NCBI GenBank assembly: GCA_964563935.1
Contig: CAZLZE010000005.1
Span: 3,961-67,960 of the forward strand
Direction of reading: 5' to 3'
Length of the DNA: 64,000 nt
Source: an uncultured Phycisphaerae bacterium
GTDB lineage: Bacteria > Planctomycetota > Phycisphaerae > JAAYCJ01
Below the pieces are notes generated by a model that had not been told where the DNA came from, searched no databases, and worked only from the letters and a program-made list of their open reading frames with translations. The first letter of the stretch is position 1, and each line of letters begins with the position of its first letter. A program made the position numbers and the translations under genes. Of the stretch, positions 8,967 through 18,542 are shown piece by piece.

Positions 8967-10262
8967 ATGAACACGACCAAAAGCCAAAGGGCCTTCGAGG
9001 CGGCTGCCCGATGTATTCCGGGCGGGGTGAATTCCCCCGTGCGAAGCTTCTATTCTGTCGGGGGAACCCCACGGTTCATCCAGCAGGGCAAGGGAAGCAA
9101 GATCACCGATATCGACGGGAACGAGTATATCGACTACGTCGGATCTTGGGGCCCGCTGATTCTCGGACATGCCGACGAAGGGGTACTAGCGGCGGTAATG
9201 AAAGTGGCCTGCCGAGGCATGACGTTCGGCGCGCCAACGGAGGCGGAAACGCACCTGGCGGAACTGATCTGCAGCCGGTTCCCCTCAATCGACATGGTCC
9301 GCCTGGTGAATAGCGGAACCGAGGCAGTGGCCAGCGCAATCCGCCTGGCACGAGGGTACACCAAGCGTGAAAAGATCATCAAAGCCGCCGGATGCTATCA
9401 TGGTCATGTGGACCAGTTGCTCGTCCAGGCCGGTTCGGGAGTGGCCACGCTCGGGCTACCCGCTTCGGCAGGAATTTCGCCCAGTACCGCAGAACTGACT
9501 GTCGTCGTACCTTACAACGACCTGAGTGCAGTCAGCAAGGCGTTCACCATGTTCGGAAAGGACATTGCGGCTGTGCTCGTCGAGCCCATTGCGGGCAATA
9601 TGGGCGTCATCCCCCCCGCGGAAGGTTATCTGGCGGGACTACGCACGCTGTGCGACCAGAACCAGTCACTACTGATCCTGGACGAAGTAATCACGGGTTT
9701 CCGAGTGGCCCCGGGCGGCGCGCAAGAGCTTTACGGGTGCCAAGCCGACATCACGACCCTCGGCAAGATCATCGGGGGCGGACTTCCCGTCGGCGCCTAT
9801 GGCGGAAAGCGTCAGATTATGCAGCTCCTGGCGCCTCTCGGTCAGGTATATCAGGCGGGAACTCTCTCAGGCAACCCGCTAGCGGTGGCGGCAGGCATGG
9901 CCACGCTGGAAGCCCTGTCCGATCCCCAGGTGTACACAAAACTGGAAACGATGGCCGAGATGCTGGCTCGGGGGTTGAACGAAGCGGCCCGTAAGGCAGG
10001 TTGCGACCTTACGATCAACCGCGTGGGAAGCATGCTGACACCGTTCTTCGGACCCGGTCCCATACGAAATTACGACGAAGTCCAGAAAACGGACAAGGCA
10101 CGCTACAACCGATTCTTTCATCTCATGCTGGAGCGGGGCATCTACCTGCCCGCGTCCGCGTTTGAGGCCATGTTCGTTTCCCTCGCTCACACTCAGGCGG
10201 ATATTGAGTTTACCATCGAACAAGCTCGAATTTCCTTTGAACAATTGATGCGTCACGTGTAG
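8967..10262 (+). CDS. hemL: Glutamate-1-semialdehyde 2,1-aminomutase
   Basis: From the internal ATG: MNTTKSQRAFEAAARCIPGGVNSPVRSF...GCYHGHVDQLL...VEPIAGNMGVIPP...DEVITGFRV...GKIIGGGLPVGAYGG, 431 aa. The upstream 60 codons of the ORF have no homology. Confidence 0.93.
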   Translation: MNTTKSQRAFEAAARCIPGGVNSPVRSFYSVGGTPRFIQQGKGSKITDIDGNEYIDYVGSWGPLILGHADEGVLAAVMKVACRGMTFGAPTEAETHLAELICSRFPSIDMVRLVNSGTEAVASAIRLARGYTKREKIIKAAGCYHGHVDQLLVQAGSGVATLGLPASAGISPSTAELTVVVPYNDLSAVSKAFTMFGKDIAAVLVEPIAGNMGVIPPAEGYLAGLRTLCDQNQSLLILDEVITGFRVAPGGAQELYGCQADITTLGKIIGGGLPVGAYGGKRQIMQLLAPLGQVYQAGTLSGNPLAVAAGMATLEALSDPQVYTKLETMAEMLARGLNEAARKAGCDLTINRVGSMLTPFFGPGPIRNYDEVQKTDKARYNRFFHLMLERGIYLPASAFEAMFVSLAHTQADIEFTIEQARISFEQLMRHV

Positions 10263-10309
10263 ACTGACGCAAACTTAGGGTAACCAGACAGGCAAGGAGG
10301 AATGCACCG

Positions 10310-10978
10310 ATGTGGACCAAGACTCAGGCAAGCTTTGCGGACGGATGGAAGGTCTTTTATCAACTGCGAACGGTTTTCGCCGTTCTCCTCATCCTGACCA
10401 TGGCGGTGAATATCGGCGTCTTTATCACCGCGAAATTCACCCGTCTGGTACTTCCACAAGAAGCATCCCAACCGGCCGCCACAGCGGCTCAACCCGCGAC
10501 AGCTCCCACCGCCCAACCGAGTGATGTGACCCCCGAAATGGTTCGTTGGCGGATGATCTTCCGAATTGCCATGGACGTCACAGCTGTGGTAGCGATTGTG
10601 TCCGTCGCATTCCTGGTCTTCTGCGCGTTGTTGGGCGTGATGATGATCGTGGCAGGTCAACTCCCCGGCGCGGGGTTGGCATCGGCCGCGTTCTTCTGGG
10701 CTGTGCTGATGGTCGTCCTTCTGCTGCCCTGGTCCAACCTGCTTCCCCAGGCAAATTGCCTTCCCATCGGAGTTCCGGCCTTCAACGATATGCGGACCAA
10801 CCTGCTGCAATCTGATCCCTCGTTTTCCGTCAGTCAAATTGACCTCTGGCTGCGGTATGTGGTGTATCCGCTGGTCGTCCTGCTGATCACCATCCTCTAT
10901 CTGGGCCGAACGAGTCAGGCCAACCGCCAGATCATCGGTGCCCCGACAACGCAGGACGTGATCCAGCAGATAAAATAG
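10310..10978 (+). CDS. Hypothetical integral membrane protein
   Basis: GGAGG ribosome-binding site before ATG. About 5 hydrophobic helices and a PAATAAQPATAPTAQP linker. No recognised motif. Confidence 0.6.
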   Translation: MWTKTQASFADGWKVFYQLRTVFAVLLILTMAVNIGVFITAKFTRLVLPQEASQPAATAAQPATAPTAQPSDVTPEMVRWRMIFRIAMDVTAVVAIVSVAFLVFCALLGVMMIVAGQLPGAGLASAAFFWAVLMVVLLLPWSNLLPQANCLPIGVPAFNDMRTNLLQSDPSFSVSQIDLWLRYVVYPLVVLLITILYLGRTSQANRQIIGAPTTQDVIQQIK

Positions 10979-11164
10979 CATCCGCTTCACCACTTTGGCT
11001 CGACGGCACGGGCGAGGATATTTCTCGCCGCTTGTGCGATTATCCGCATTTATTGTATATTTGCCTTTTCGTTCCAATTCATTTGACTGTACCCGTCGGG
11101 GTTTTAGAATTGTCTGGATATCCATACTTTTCCTAGTTTATGGCCAGGTTTTGAGGTAAAAGGC

Positions 11165-12385
11165 ATGCAGGCGGCAAAATCAGTTCCCGGCAATACGGTT
11201 CGCAATCCCCTTCGCATCGCACTCGTGGGCGCGGGTGGTCGGACGACAGCTTTTCTCCATTACTTCAGCCACAATCCCTCGGACGGCACGATCGTGGGAA
11301 TTTCCGATGTCTATATCGAGAAGGCGAAACAGCTATCCCGAGAGTTCAAGGTCGAAACCGAAGCCTTCGACAATACGGAGAACATGCTGGATACGGTGAA
11401 ACCCGACGCCATCATTATCTGCACGCAGGATTTTGCCCATGTCGAGCCGGCAGTGGCGGCGCTGAAGCGAAGGATTCATGTCTTCTGCGAAAAACCGATG
11501 GCGACGACATTGGAAGACTGCGACACGATCATCAATGCCGCTAAAAAGTCGTCAGCCATGTTCTACCTGGGCTTCAATCTTCGACACGGACCGATTCATG
11601 AGACCGTACACGAACTGATCACCAGTGGACGATTGGGAAAAGTGACCACAATTGAAGCAAACGAGAATTATTACGGAGGAAAGACGTACTTCCGTCGATG
11701 GAACCGGTTTGAGAGGTTCGGCGGCGGGTTGTGGATTACGAAAGCATGCCACGACTTTGACTTGCTCAACTGGATGGCCGGGGCGGAACCCGAGTCGGTT
11801 TTCGCGACGGCGAATCTGTCGTACTATCACCCCAAAACCATGCCAGGCGCCGCCAAACAGTGCCGCCACTGCAAACTGCAGTTCGGGTGTCCCGACTACT
11901 ACGATGTTTTTGCACAGAAGGACTGGGAAGGTGTCTACAAAGAGAATCGCCTCGTGGGTGAACGCGACGGCCAGGAACCGGCCGACCTGTGCCTGTACAC
12001 GTCGAAAAAGGATACCTTCGATAACGGAATAGCGGTGGTAACGTACAAAAACGATATCCGCACAACCTACACGCTGAACGTTTTGGCGGCCCGGGACACC
12101 CGAATGATGCGGGTAATCGGGACGGAAGGAATGTGCGAAGCTGACATGGGTAAGGGGACAATCGAAGTCACCGAGCGCCACAGCCGGCGGAGTTTCACCT
12201 ACGATCTCAAGACCATGATGGCCAGCGGTCACGGCGGCGCAGACGATCGCATGATCAAGGACTTCCTCCATACCTGTCACACCGGCAAGAAACCTCGGTG
12301 CAGCTGGGCCGAAGGTCGACTGGCCGTTCAAGTCGCCCTCGCGGCCCGTCAATCCTGCTCGACGGGAAGACTGGTCAAGCTGTAG
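11165..12385 (+). CDS. Gfo/Idh/MocA family oxidoreductase
   Basis: N-terminal Rossmann segment LRIALVGAGGRT and FCEKPMA motif, followed by the C-terminal alpha/beta domain typical of the family. Confidence 0.8.
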   Translation: MQAAKSVPGNTVRNPLRIALVGAGGRTTAFLHYFSHNPSDGTIVGISDVYIEKAKQLSREFKVETEAFDNTENMLDTVKPDAIIICTQDFAHVEPAVAALKRRIHVFCEKPMATTLEDCDTIINAAKKSSAMFYLGFNLRHGPIHETVHELITSGRLGKVTTIEANENYYGGKTYFRRWNRFERFGGGLWITKACHDFDLLNWMAGAEPESVFATANLSYYHPKTMPGAAKQCRHCKLQFGCPDYYDVFAQKDWEGVYKENRLVGERDGQEPADLCLYTSKKDTFDNGIAVVTYKNDIRTTYTLNVLAARDTRMMRVIGTEGMCEADMGKGTIEVTERHSRRSFTYDLKTMMASGHGGADDRMIKDFLHTCHTGKKPRCSWAEGRLAVQVALAARQSCSTGRLVKL

Positions 12386-12424
12386 CGATTGCCGCGACAG
12401 CGGATCGACTGTACTCACTAAGCA

Positions 12425-12454
12425 AGGCGGGTTGTTAGCGACCCGCCTTTTTCT
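12425..12454 (+). terminator. Rho-independent terminator
   Basis: Hairpin ggcgggt-tgttagcg-acccgcc followed by tttttcttt, about 40 nt after the stop of the Gfo/Idh/MocA gene. Confidence 0.7.
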
Positions 12455-12502
12455 TTGCGCGAACCTTGACAGACAAACCCCTTTCCGGTATATTTACCTA
12501 CT

Positions 12503-12530
12503 CGCAGACGTCTGCGGGTAGACGTCTGCA
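12503..12530. promoter_or_regulatory. Tandem palindromic operator-like sites (cgCAGACGTCTGcg and gtAGACGTCTGCag) upstream of the LacI-family gene
   Basis: 14-bp perfect palindrome plus an adjacent near-copy sharing the AGACGTCT core, located 16-45 nt upstream of the LacI ATG and just downstream of a tatatt -10-like hexamer. Confidence 0.5.
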
Positions 12531-12545
12531 GTACAAGGCGAAAAC

Positions 12546-13550
12546 ATGGGCGTGACCATAGTGGACATTGCGAAACGGCTTGGAATCAGTGATTCGACCG
12601 TTTCGCGAGTCCTGAACAAGAAGAAAGATAACTTCATCTCCGACGCAACACGGAAGAAAGTGCTGACCGCGGCGGAGGAGATGGGTTATCGCCCGAACAA
12701 GCTGGCATGCGCTCTGGTTACTGGGCGCAGCCACACAATCGCATTCTGGGTCTCCGGAGCAAGAACACACTACTACACGGAGATGACGTACCGCCTGCAA
12801 GACCGCTTGCGAGAAGACGGTTACGACCTTGTCACCGAGAGCACTCGCGGTGAAAATGCGTGGAACTGGCAGGTTCCTTCTCTCCAGTGGCCATTCGACG
12901 GAATCATCCTTTGCGATCCCCCCTTCTCCCAGGAAGACTTCCAGAAGGAGTACGGCCACCGAAATATCCCATGGATCAGCCTCGGAGTGTTTTCGTGGGA
13001 CAGCGGAGACCGTATCGGCATCGACCTGTACGCCGGAGCCAAAAAAGCCCTGGAGCATCTGCGTCAATTCGGCAGGCGAATCGCATTCGTCGCCCCGCCG
13101 ACCAGCGAACCTGTCGATCCCCGTCACCGCGCTTATCTGACTCTTATGGACGAAGCAGGCCTTGCCCCAGAGATTATCACGATCCCCAACTTCCAGCGTT
13201 CGCCCGCCCGCAAGGCGATCCGGGACCATATCGCGAAACATGGATGCCCGAAAGGGATCTTTTGTTTCAATGACAACGTCGCTATCGGCGTTCACCGCGG
13301 GCTTCGGGATCTCGGATTGCGCATGCCCAAAGATGTCGCCCTCGTCGGATGCGATGGAATTGAGGACACAGAGTACCACGACCCTGCCATCAGCACCATC
13401 GACATGAACCTCGACCGAATGTGCGATCAGGCATGGGCGTTTTTGCATCGTCGCATCATGGACCCGTCGGTTCCAGCGCAGCATTTGATGCTCAAACCCA
13501 AACTCGTCATACGCGAATCATCCGATTTCAGAAAAGGAATACGTTCATGA
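12546..13550 (+). CDS. LacI family transcriptional regulator
   Basis: N-terminal HTH VTIVDIAKRLGISDSTVSRVLN and a periplasmic-binding-protein-like sugar-binding core. Confidence 0.88.
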   Translation: MGVTIVDIAKRLGISDSTVSRVLNKKKDNFISDATRKKVLTAAEEMGYRPNKLACALVTGRSHTIAFWVSGARTHYYTEMTYRLQDRLREDGYDLVTESTRGENAWNWQVPSLQWPFDGIILCDPPFSQEDFQKEYGHRNIPWISLGVFSWDSGDRIGIDLYAGAKKALEHLRQFGRRIAFVAPPTSEPVDPRHRAYLTLMDEAGLAPEIITIPNFQRSPARKAIRDHIAKHGCPKGIFCFNDNVAIGVHRGLRDLGLRMPKDVALVGCDGIEDTEYHDPAISTIDMNLDRMCDQAWAFLHRRIMDPSVPAQHLMLKPKLVIRESSDFRKGIRS

Positions 13551-14554
13551 AAGCAGCATTCTTGAAGAATCTTAACGACATCGTCATCAAGGACGTCAAG
13601 CTCTGGAAGCTTGAGCCGCATGAAATCAAGATCAAGGTAGACGCGTGCGGCATCTGTGGTACCGATATCACCTCCGCCCTCGACGGCAAGGCCGTGGCTG
13701 GGCCCTTTGGCCACGAGGTGGCAGGAACTATTATCGAACTCGGCAAAGCTGTGAGAGGCCTATCTATAGGTCAGAAAGTGGCCCTCGACAGTTCCACTCC
13801 ATGTGGAGCGTGCGCAAATTGCCACGATACCAAGCAGGAGCTTTGCACCAACATCCAGTCATTCTTCTTCAAGACCTCATTCGGATTCGCCGAGGAAATG
13901 ATCACTCCGGCAATCAGCGCAGTCCCATACGAAGGAATCTCGGCGGCGGAAGCGTCCCTCGCCGAACCCCTGGGCGTATCGATCGATATGCACCGCCTGG
14001 CGGATATTCGAATCGGCAGCCACGTGGTGGTATCCGGCTTGGGTGCGATCGGACTGATGGCACTTCGCCTGGCAAAATTGTCCGGAGCCGAACGTATCTA
14101 TGCCTGCGGCCTGTCCCGATCCAAGGCCAAAAATAAGCTCGCGTTGAAATTCGGAGCCGATGAAGTTATCGAAGTCGATAAGACGCCGCTGGAATCATAC
14201 AAATTCCCCGTCGCTCCGGACCGGTTCATGATTAGTTCCCCGCCCCAAACCATGCCGCCGATGTTCAAGGTGGCAGCCAAAGGAGCGATTATTTCCTACA
14301 TCGGCATCAAGTTCGGCGACGGGGCGAATATCACATTTGACGCCAACGATTTCCACTTCAAGAAACTCCAGCTTCGGGGATCGTTCGCGTCGCCCGCCCT
14401 GTTTACGCCAATGGCCCTGAACCTCCTGCAGCGCAAACTCGTCGACGGAAAAGCGTTGATCACACACACCTTCCCCCTGGCCAAAATAAAAGAGGCGATG
14501 AATGTCGCCGCAAACAGCAAAAAAGACGTTATCAAGGTAGTCGTTACACCATAA
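13547..14554 (+). CDS. Zinc-dependent alcohol/polyol dehydrogenase (MDR family, sorbitol/threonine-DH-like)
   Basis: Catalytic and structural zinc ligands CGICGTD...GHE and C-x2-C-x2-C-x7-C, plus GLGAIGL Rossmann motif. The ATG overlaps the LacI stop (ATGA). Confidence 0.85.
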   Translation: MKAAFLKNLNDIVIKDVKLWKLEPHEIKIKVDACGICGTDITSALDGKAVAGPFGHEVAGTIIELGKAVRGLSIGQKVALDSSTPCGACANCHDTKQELCTNIQSFFFKTSFGFAEEMITPAISAVPYEGISAAEASLAEPLGVSIDMHRLADIRIGSHVVVSGLGAIGLMALRLAKLSGAERIYACGLSRSKAKNKLALKFGADEVIEVDKTPLESYKFPVAPDRFMISSPPQTMPPMFKVAAKGAIISYIGIKFGDGANITFDANDFHFKKLQLRGSFASPALFTPMALNLLQRKLVDGKALITHTFPLAKIKEAMNVAANSKKDVIKVVVTP

Positions 14555-14576
14555 CACCCATAAGGAGAATATTCAT

Positions 14577-15611
14577 ATGAAACCAGTCTTCGGAATCATC
14601 GGTTGCGGTTACATTTCCAAGTTCCACTGGGGCGGATTGGAGAAGATCAATGCTCGCATCGCTCACGTGGCGGATATCGACATCAAGAGGGCCCAGGAAG
14701 TCGCCCAGCGCTTCGGCGCGAAGTTCTCGAGCGACTATCGAGACGTTCTCGCGAATCCCGAGGTCACGGCCGTCAACGTTCTCGGCCCGACCAACACGCA
14801 CAAATCAATCTGTTTGGCTGCCATCAAAGCCGGCAAGGATGTGATCTGCGAAAAGACACTGGCGATGAACGCCAAGGAAGCCTACGAGATCGCCCAGGCC
14901 GTGAAGAAATCGAAAGTCCTCTTCTTCACAGGATACATGAAGCGACATTTCCCGGCTGTGCGAAAGGCAAAGGAACTCCTGCCGTCGCTCGGCATCCTCT
15001 TCAGCGCCTATGCCCGCAGTTACCAGTGCTGGGGCCCGGGAATGTTTGAAAACAAGGTCATTCCGTCCGGATTGATCAAGACCCACGGCGGAGTGGCGGT
15101 ACGATGCTGCGGAAGCCATATTCTGGACCTGATGCAGTTCTTCTTCGGCCGGCCCGAGCGGCTCTACGCCAATATCGACTACTCGAAAAACTCCAAGGTC
15201 GATCGCAAGGCCATAGCCCTCTTCGAATACCCCGGCAGTCTGACCGCCTGCTTCGAAACCGTGTGCCACCCCCTCACCCACATCGGATATGAGCGGAATT
15301 CGTGGGATGAGCGGATCGAGATCAACGGCGTGAACGGTCGGCTCGACCTGTACACGACCACATGGGACAAGCCGCACAATGCCGCCCTTCTTGTTCACTA
15401 TGACAACAAAAAACAAACCTCGACCGAGTATCGCTACAACGCCACCAATCCGTTCGATATCGAGATGGCCTATATTCACGACTGCCTGAGCAAGCGAAAA
15501 CAGGGCAATCCCGACGTTGTCGATGGCTTCGCGGTTGACGCGGTCATCAACGCCATGGAAGAATCGCAAGCTAAGAAAAAACCGGTCCGCGTTAACTGGA
15601 GATCCCTGTGA
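14577..15611 (+). CDS. Gfo/Idh/MocA family oxidoreductase
   Basis: AAGGAG ribosome-binding site. FGIIGCGYIS Rossmann segment and EKTLA motif. Confidence 0.82.
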   Translation: MKPVFGIIGCGYISKFHWGGLEKINARIAHVADIDIKRAQEVAQRFGAKFSSDYRDVLANPEVTAVNVLGPTNTHKSICLAAIKAGKDVICEKTLAMNAKEAYEIAQAVKKSKVLFFTGYMKRHFPAVRKAKELLPSLGILFSAYARSYQCWGPGMFENKVIPSGLIKTHGGVAVRCCGSHILDLMQFFFGRPERLYANIDYSKNSKVDRKAIALFEYPGSLTACFETVCHPLTHIGYERNSWDERIEINGVNGRLDLYTTTWDKPHNAALLVHYDNKKQTSTEYRYNATNPFDIEMAYIHDCLSKRKQGNPDVVDGFAVDAVINAMEESQAKKKPVRVNWRSL

Positions 15612-15680
15612 CGCGAACTTCACTTGATTCCCGGCCCCATTGTGGTATTCTGCGATCTTTTGGCAGCAGGAGAACCATGT

Positions 15681-16277
15681 ATGTTGATCGACAATCTGAA
15701 TTCAGGCATTAAGCAGCACATCGTCACGTATGGAACAAGCCTGACCGAAGGTGGCGAGTGGGTCAACCAGCTTCGCACGTTCTTTCAGGTGAAATATCCT
15801 GGCCTGACCACCGTCACCAACAGCGGGGCAAGCGGCATGTGGTCCGGCTGGGGCGTGGAGAACCTGGACGAAAGGGTGATCAAGAAGAATCCGGACGCGG
15901 TGTTCATCGAGTTCGGGATCAACGATGCGTATCTGCCGTACAACACGAGCGTCGAGCAGGCCCGGCAGAATCTCGAGAACATGATCGACCGGATATTGAA
16001 GCACAACTCCGCGTGCCAGATCATCCTGATGGTCATGAACCCGCCCGTCCGGGAACACCTGGAGATCCGCCCGAAGATTGAAGACTATTACCAGATGTAT
16101 CGCGACGTGGCGAAGGAGCGGAAACTGCTCCTGGTCGACCACTATCCAACCTGGAAGGCCATCCTCGACAAGGATCCCGAAACCTTTGCCGCATACATGC
16201 CCGACGGAATTCATCCCAACGGTCTTGGCAGCGAGAAAGTGACGACTCCGAACATCCTCCACAGCTTGTTCGGTTGA
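15681..16277 (+). CDS. SGNH/GDSL-like hydrolase (esterase)
   Basis: AGGAGA ribosome-binding site 7 nt before ATG 15681; the longer ORF from 15624 starts on TTG. Block I YGTSLTEGG and the DGIHPN block V of SGNH hydrolases. Confidence 0.7.
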   Translation: MLIDNLNSGIKQHIVTYGTSLTEGGEWVNQLRTFFQVKYPGLTTVTNSGASGMWSGWGVENLDERVIKKNPDAVFIEFGINDAYLPYNTSVEQARQNLENMIDRILKHNSACQIILMVMNPPVREHLEIRPKIEDYYQMYRDVAKERKLLLVDHYPTWKAILDKDPETFAAYMPDGIHPNGLGSEKVTTPNILHSLFG

Positions 16278-16307
16278 CCACAGTCGGTTTTGCCGGAGAA
16301 AGACGTG

Positions 16308-17438
16308 ATGGAATTCACTCCAAGGCAGCGAATGCTCAACGCCTATCGCGGCGTGTTCTCCGACCGTTACCCCGTCGCCCCGGAGTTCTGGTACTACTAT
16401 CCCGCCAAAGTACTCGGCGTGGACATGATCCAGTTCCAGCGGGAGATTCCCCTCTGGAAAGCGTTGCAGACGACATTCAAAAAGTACCAGACCGAAGGCT
16501 GGGGAATTGCCTGGGCGACGAGCGAAAATTCACGGGTGTCGAGTAAGTCCTCGTTTGAGAAGACCTCAGACACGCAGTACCGCGAGCGCGTCGTCACCCG
16601 GCTCGGCGGGAGGGAATTCACAAGCAGTACGATCTTCGATATTCACGAGCCGTCGTGGGTCGTGGAGTACCCCGTCAAAAACGAAGAAGACATCGCCATC
16701 CACCTCGACGCAGCCTTGAACCCGGATATCACCCTTGACTATACCCAAGCCCACCAAGCCCTCGACACCGTAGGCGAAGACTACCTGCTCGAGTTCTGTC
16801 TCGGCGGTCAGTTCTTCGATACCGTCGCCGGAATGATGGGATGCGAAAAGGCCTTGTACTACTTCATGTCCGAAGATCCCGCCATCCTAGAGCGGTATCA
16901 GAAACGATATATCGAGTTTCAACGGGAGCTGACGCGACGTGTTTGCCGCGAGACCCGCTTTCAGTCTTTCTTCATCGGCTGCTGCTATTCCTGCCCATCG
17001 CTGATCGGTCCGAACCTTTGGCGAAAGTGGGACAAACCCTATATCCAAGCCGTCGCCGAGGAAGTTCACCGCCAGGGCAAACTCGTCCATCTCCACTTCC
17101 ACGGGTTGTGCAAGGAGACTCTGGCCGACCTCGCGGAGCTCGGGGTGGACTGCATCTGCCCGTTCGAGCGCCCGCCGGGCGGCGATATTAATGGGCTTGA
17201 CGACTTGCGGAAAGTCCGTACAATGCTCGGGAATACGGTGACCATGAATGGGAACGTTCATACAGTCGAAACGCTCATTCGCGGTACACCGGAAAAGGTT
17301 CGATCGGAAGTCCGCGAGATCAAACTCGCGTACGCCGGTTGCCCGAGACTGATCATCGGAACGGGCGACCAGGTCGGAAAAGAAACGCCGGAAGAAAACA
17401 TCTTGGCCATGATCGACGAAGCGAAGAAGACTATTTAA
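16308..17438 (+). CDS. Uroporphyrinogen decarboxylase (URO-D) family protein, first of three
   Basis: GGAGAAAG ribosome-binding site before ATG 16308. TIM-barrel URO-D/MtaA-like length (~375 aa) and C-terminal pattern. Immediately followed by a paralog. Confidence 0.65.
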   Translation: MEFTPRQRMLNAYRGVFSDRYPVAPEFWYYYPAKVLGVDMIQFQREIPLWKALQTTFKKYQTEGWGIAWATSENSRVSSKSSFEKTSDTQYRERVVTRLGGREFTSSTIFDIHEPSWVVEYPVKNEEDIAIHLDAALNPDITLDYTQAHQALDTVGEDYLLEFCLGGQFFDTVAGMMGCEKALYYFMSEDPAILERYQKRYIEFQRELTRRVCRETRFQSFFIGCCYSCPSLIGPNLWRKWDKPYIQAVAEEVHRQGKLVHLHFHGLCKETLADLAELGVDCICPFERPPGGDINGLDDLRKVRTMLGNTVTMNGNVHTVETLIRGTPEKVRSEVREIKLAYAGCPRLIIGTGDQVGKETPEENILAMIDEAKKTI

Positions 17439-17448
17439 GGAATACCTT

Positions 17449-18531
17449 ATGACCTCCCGTGAACGCGTAATCATGTTGCTCAACAAACAAATTCCCGATC
17501 AGATGGGGCTCTATGAACATTTCTGGGGCGAGGTATTTCAAGACGATTGCTGGCTCGCCCAGGGCTACCCCAAAGACAATGATCCGGTCAAGTTCTTTGA
17601 TTACGACCTCGTCAACTGCGGCGGATGGTTCGACACGTCCCCCATGCTCGGGCGATGCGATGTGATCGAGGAGACGGACGAATGGAAGGTTACACGCGAC
17701 GGCCGAGGCGCCATTCTTAAATATTGGAAGAACAAGTCCGGCTGCCCGGAGCACATCGGATTCGAGATCACGACCAGAGATATCTGGAAGAAATACCGCG
17801 ACCCCTTGCTCACGCTGAATCCGCAACGCCTGGGCAATATACAGGACATCAAGAATAATCTCGCCAACGCCCGCGCGAGGGGCAAGTTCACAGTCTACGG
17901 AAACATCTTCGTCTTTGAGCTGCTGCGAGGAACGATCGGCGACGAAAATTTCCTGCCCGCCCTTCTGGAGGACCCGGACTGGATCAACGATTTCTGCAAG
18001 GTCTATCTCGACCACTACATAGCGCATTATTCGCTTTTGTTCCGTGAAGCCGGCGTTCCGGACGGAATGTGGCTCTACGAAGACTATGGGTTCCGCAATG
18101 GCCTGTTCTGCTCCCCGAAAACGATGGCGGAAATCATCATGCCCTACGAAAAGGCACTGATCTCGTTCTTCAAGGAGTACAAACTCCCCGTGATCCTGCA
18201 TTCCTGCGGAGATATCCGCAAAGCCATTCCATTGGCCATCGAGGCAGGATTCGATTGCCTCCAACCCATGGAAGCCAAAGCCGGCTGCAACGTCATCGAT
18301 ATCGCCAAGACCTACGGCAATAAGCTCTCGTACATGGGCAATATCGATGTGGTCGAGCTGGGAACCAACGATCCGGCCAAGATCAAAGACGAAATCGTTC
18401 CGAAACTCACAGCCATGAAGCAGATGCGGATACCCTACTTCTTCCACTCCGATCATTCCGTGCCGCCGACGGTGACGTACAAGACATACCAGTACGCCCT
18501 GGAACTGTTCAACCAGCACAAACAGTACTGA
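17449..18531 (+). CDS. Uroporphyrinogen decarboxylase (URO-D) family protein, second
   Basis: AAGGA ribosome-binding site. 360 aa with a URO-D-like C-terminal half (ILHSCGDIRKAIPLAIEAGFDCLQPME). Tandem with the previous gene. Confidence 0.65.
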   Translation: MTSRERVIMLLNKQIPDQMGLYEHFWGEVFQDDCWLAQGYPKDNDPVKFFDYDLVNCGGWFDTSPMLGRCDVIEETDEWKVTRDGRGAILKYWKNKSGCPEHIGFEITTRDIWKKYRDPLLTLNPQRLGNIQDIKNNLANARARGKFTVYGNIFVFELLRGTIGDENFLPALLEDPDWINDFCKVYLDHYIAHYSLLFREAGVPDGMWLYEDYGFRNGLFCSPKTMAEIIMPYEKALISFFKEYKLPVILHSCGDIRKAIPLAIEAGFDCLQPMEAKAGCNVIDIAKTYGNKLSYMGNIDVVELGTNDPAKIKDEIVPKLTAMKQMRIPYFFHSDHSVPPTVTYKTYQYALELFNQHKQY

Positions 18532-18542
18532 AAGGCCAAAGC

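Noticed and set aside
10253-11125. 290-aa minus-strand ORF overlapping the membrane-protein gene
   Set aside because: Arg/Gly/His-rich low-complexity translation, antisense to an ORF with a clear GGAGG ribosome-binding site and TM helices.
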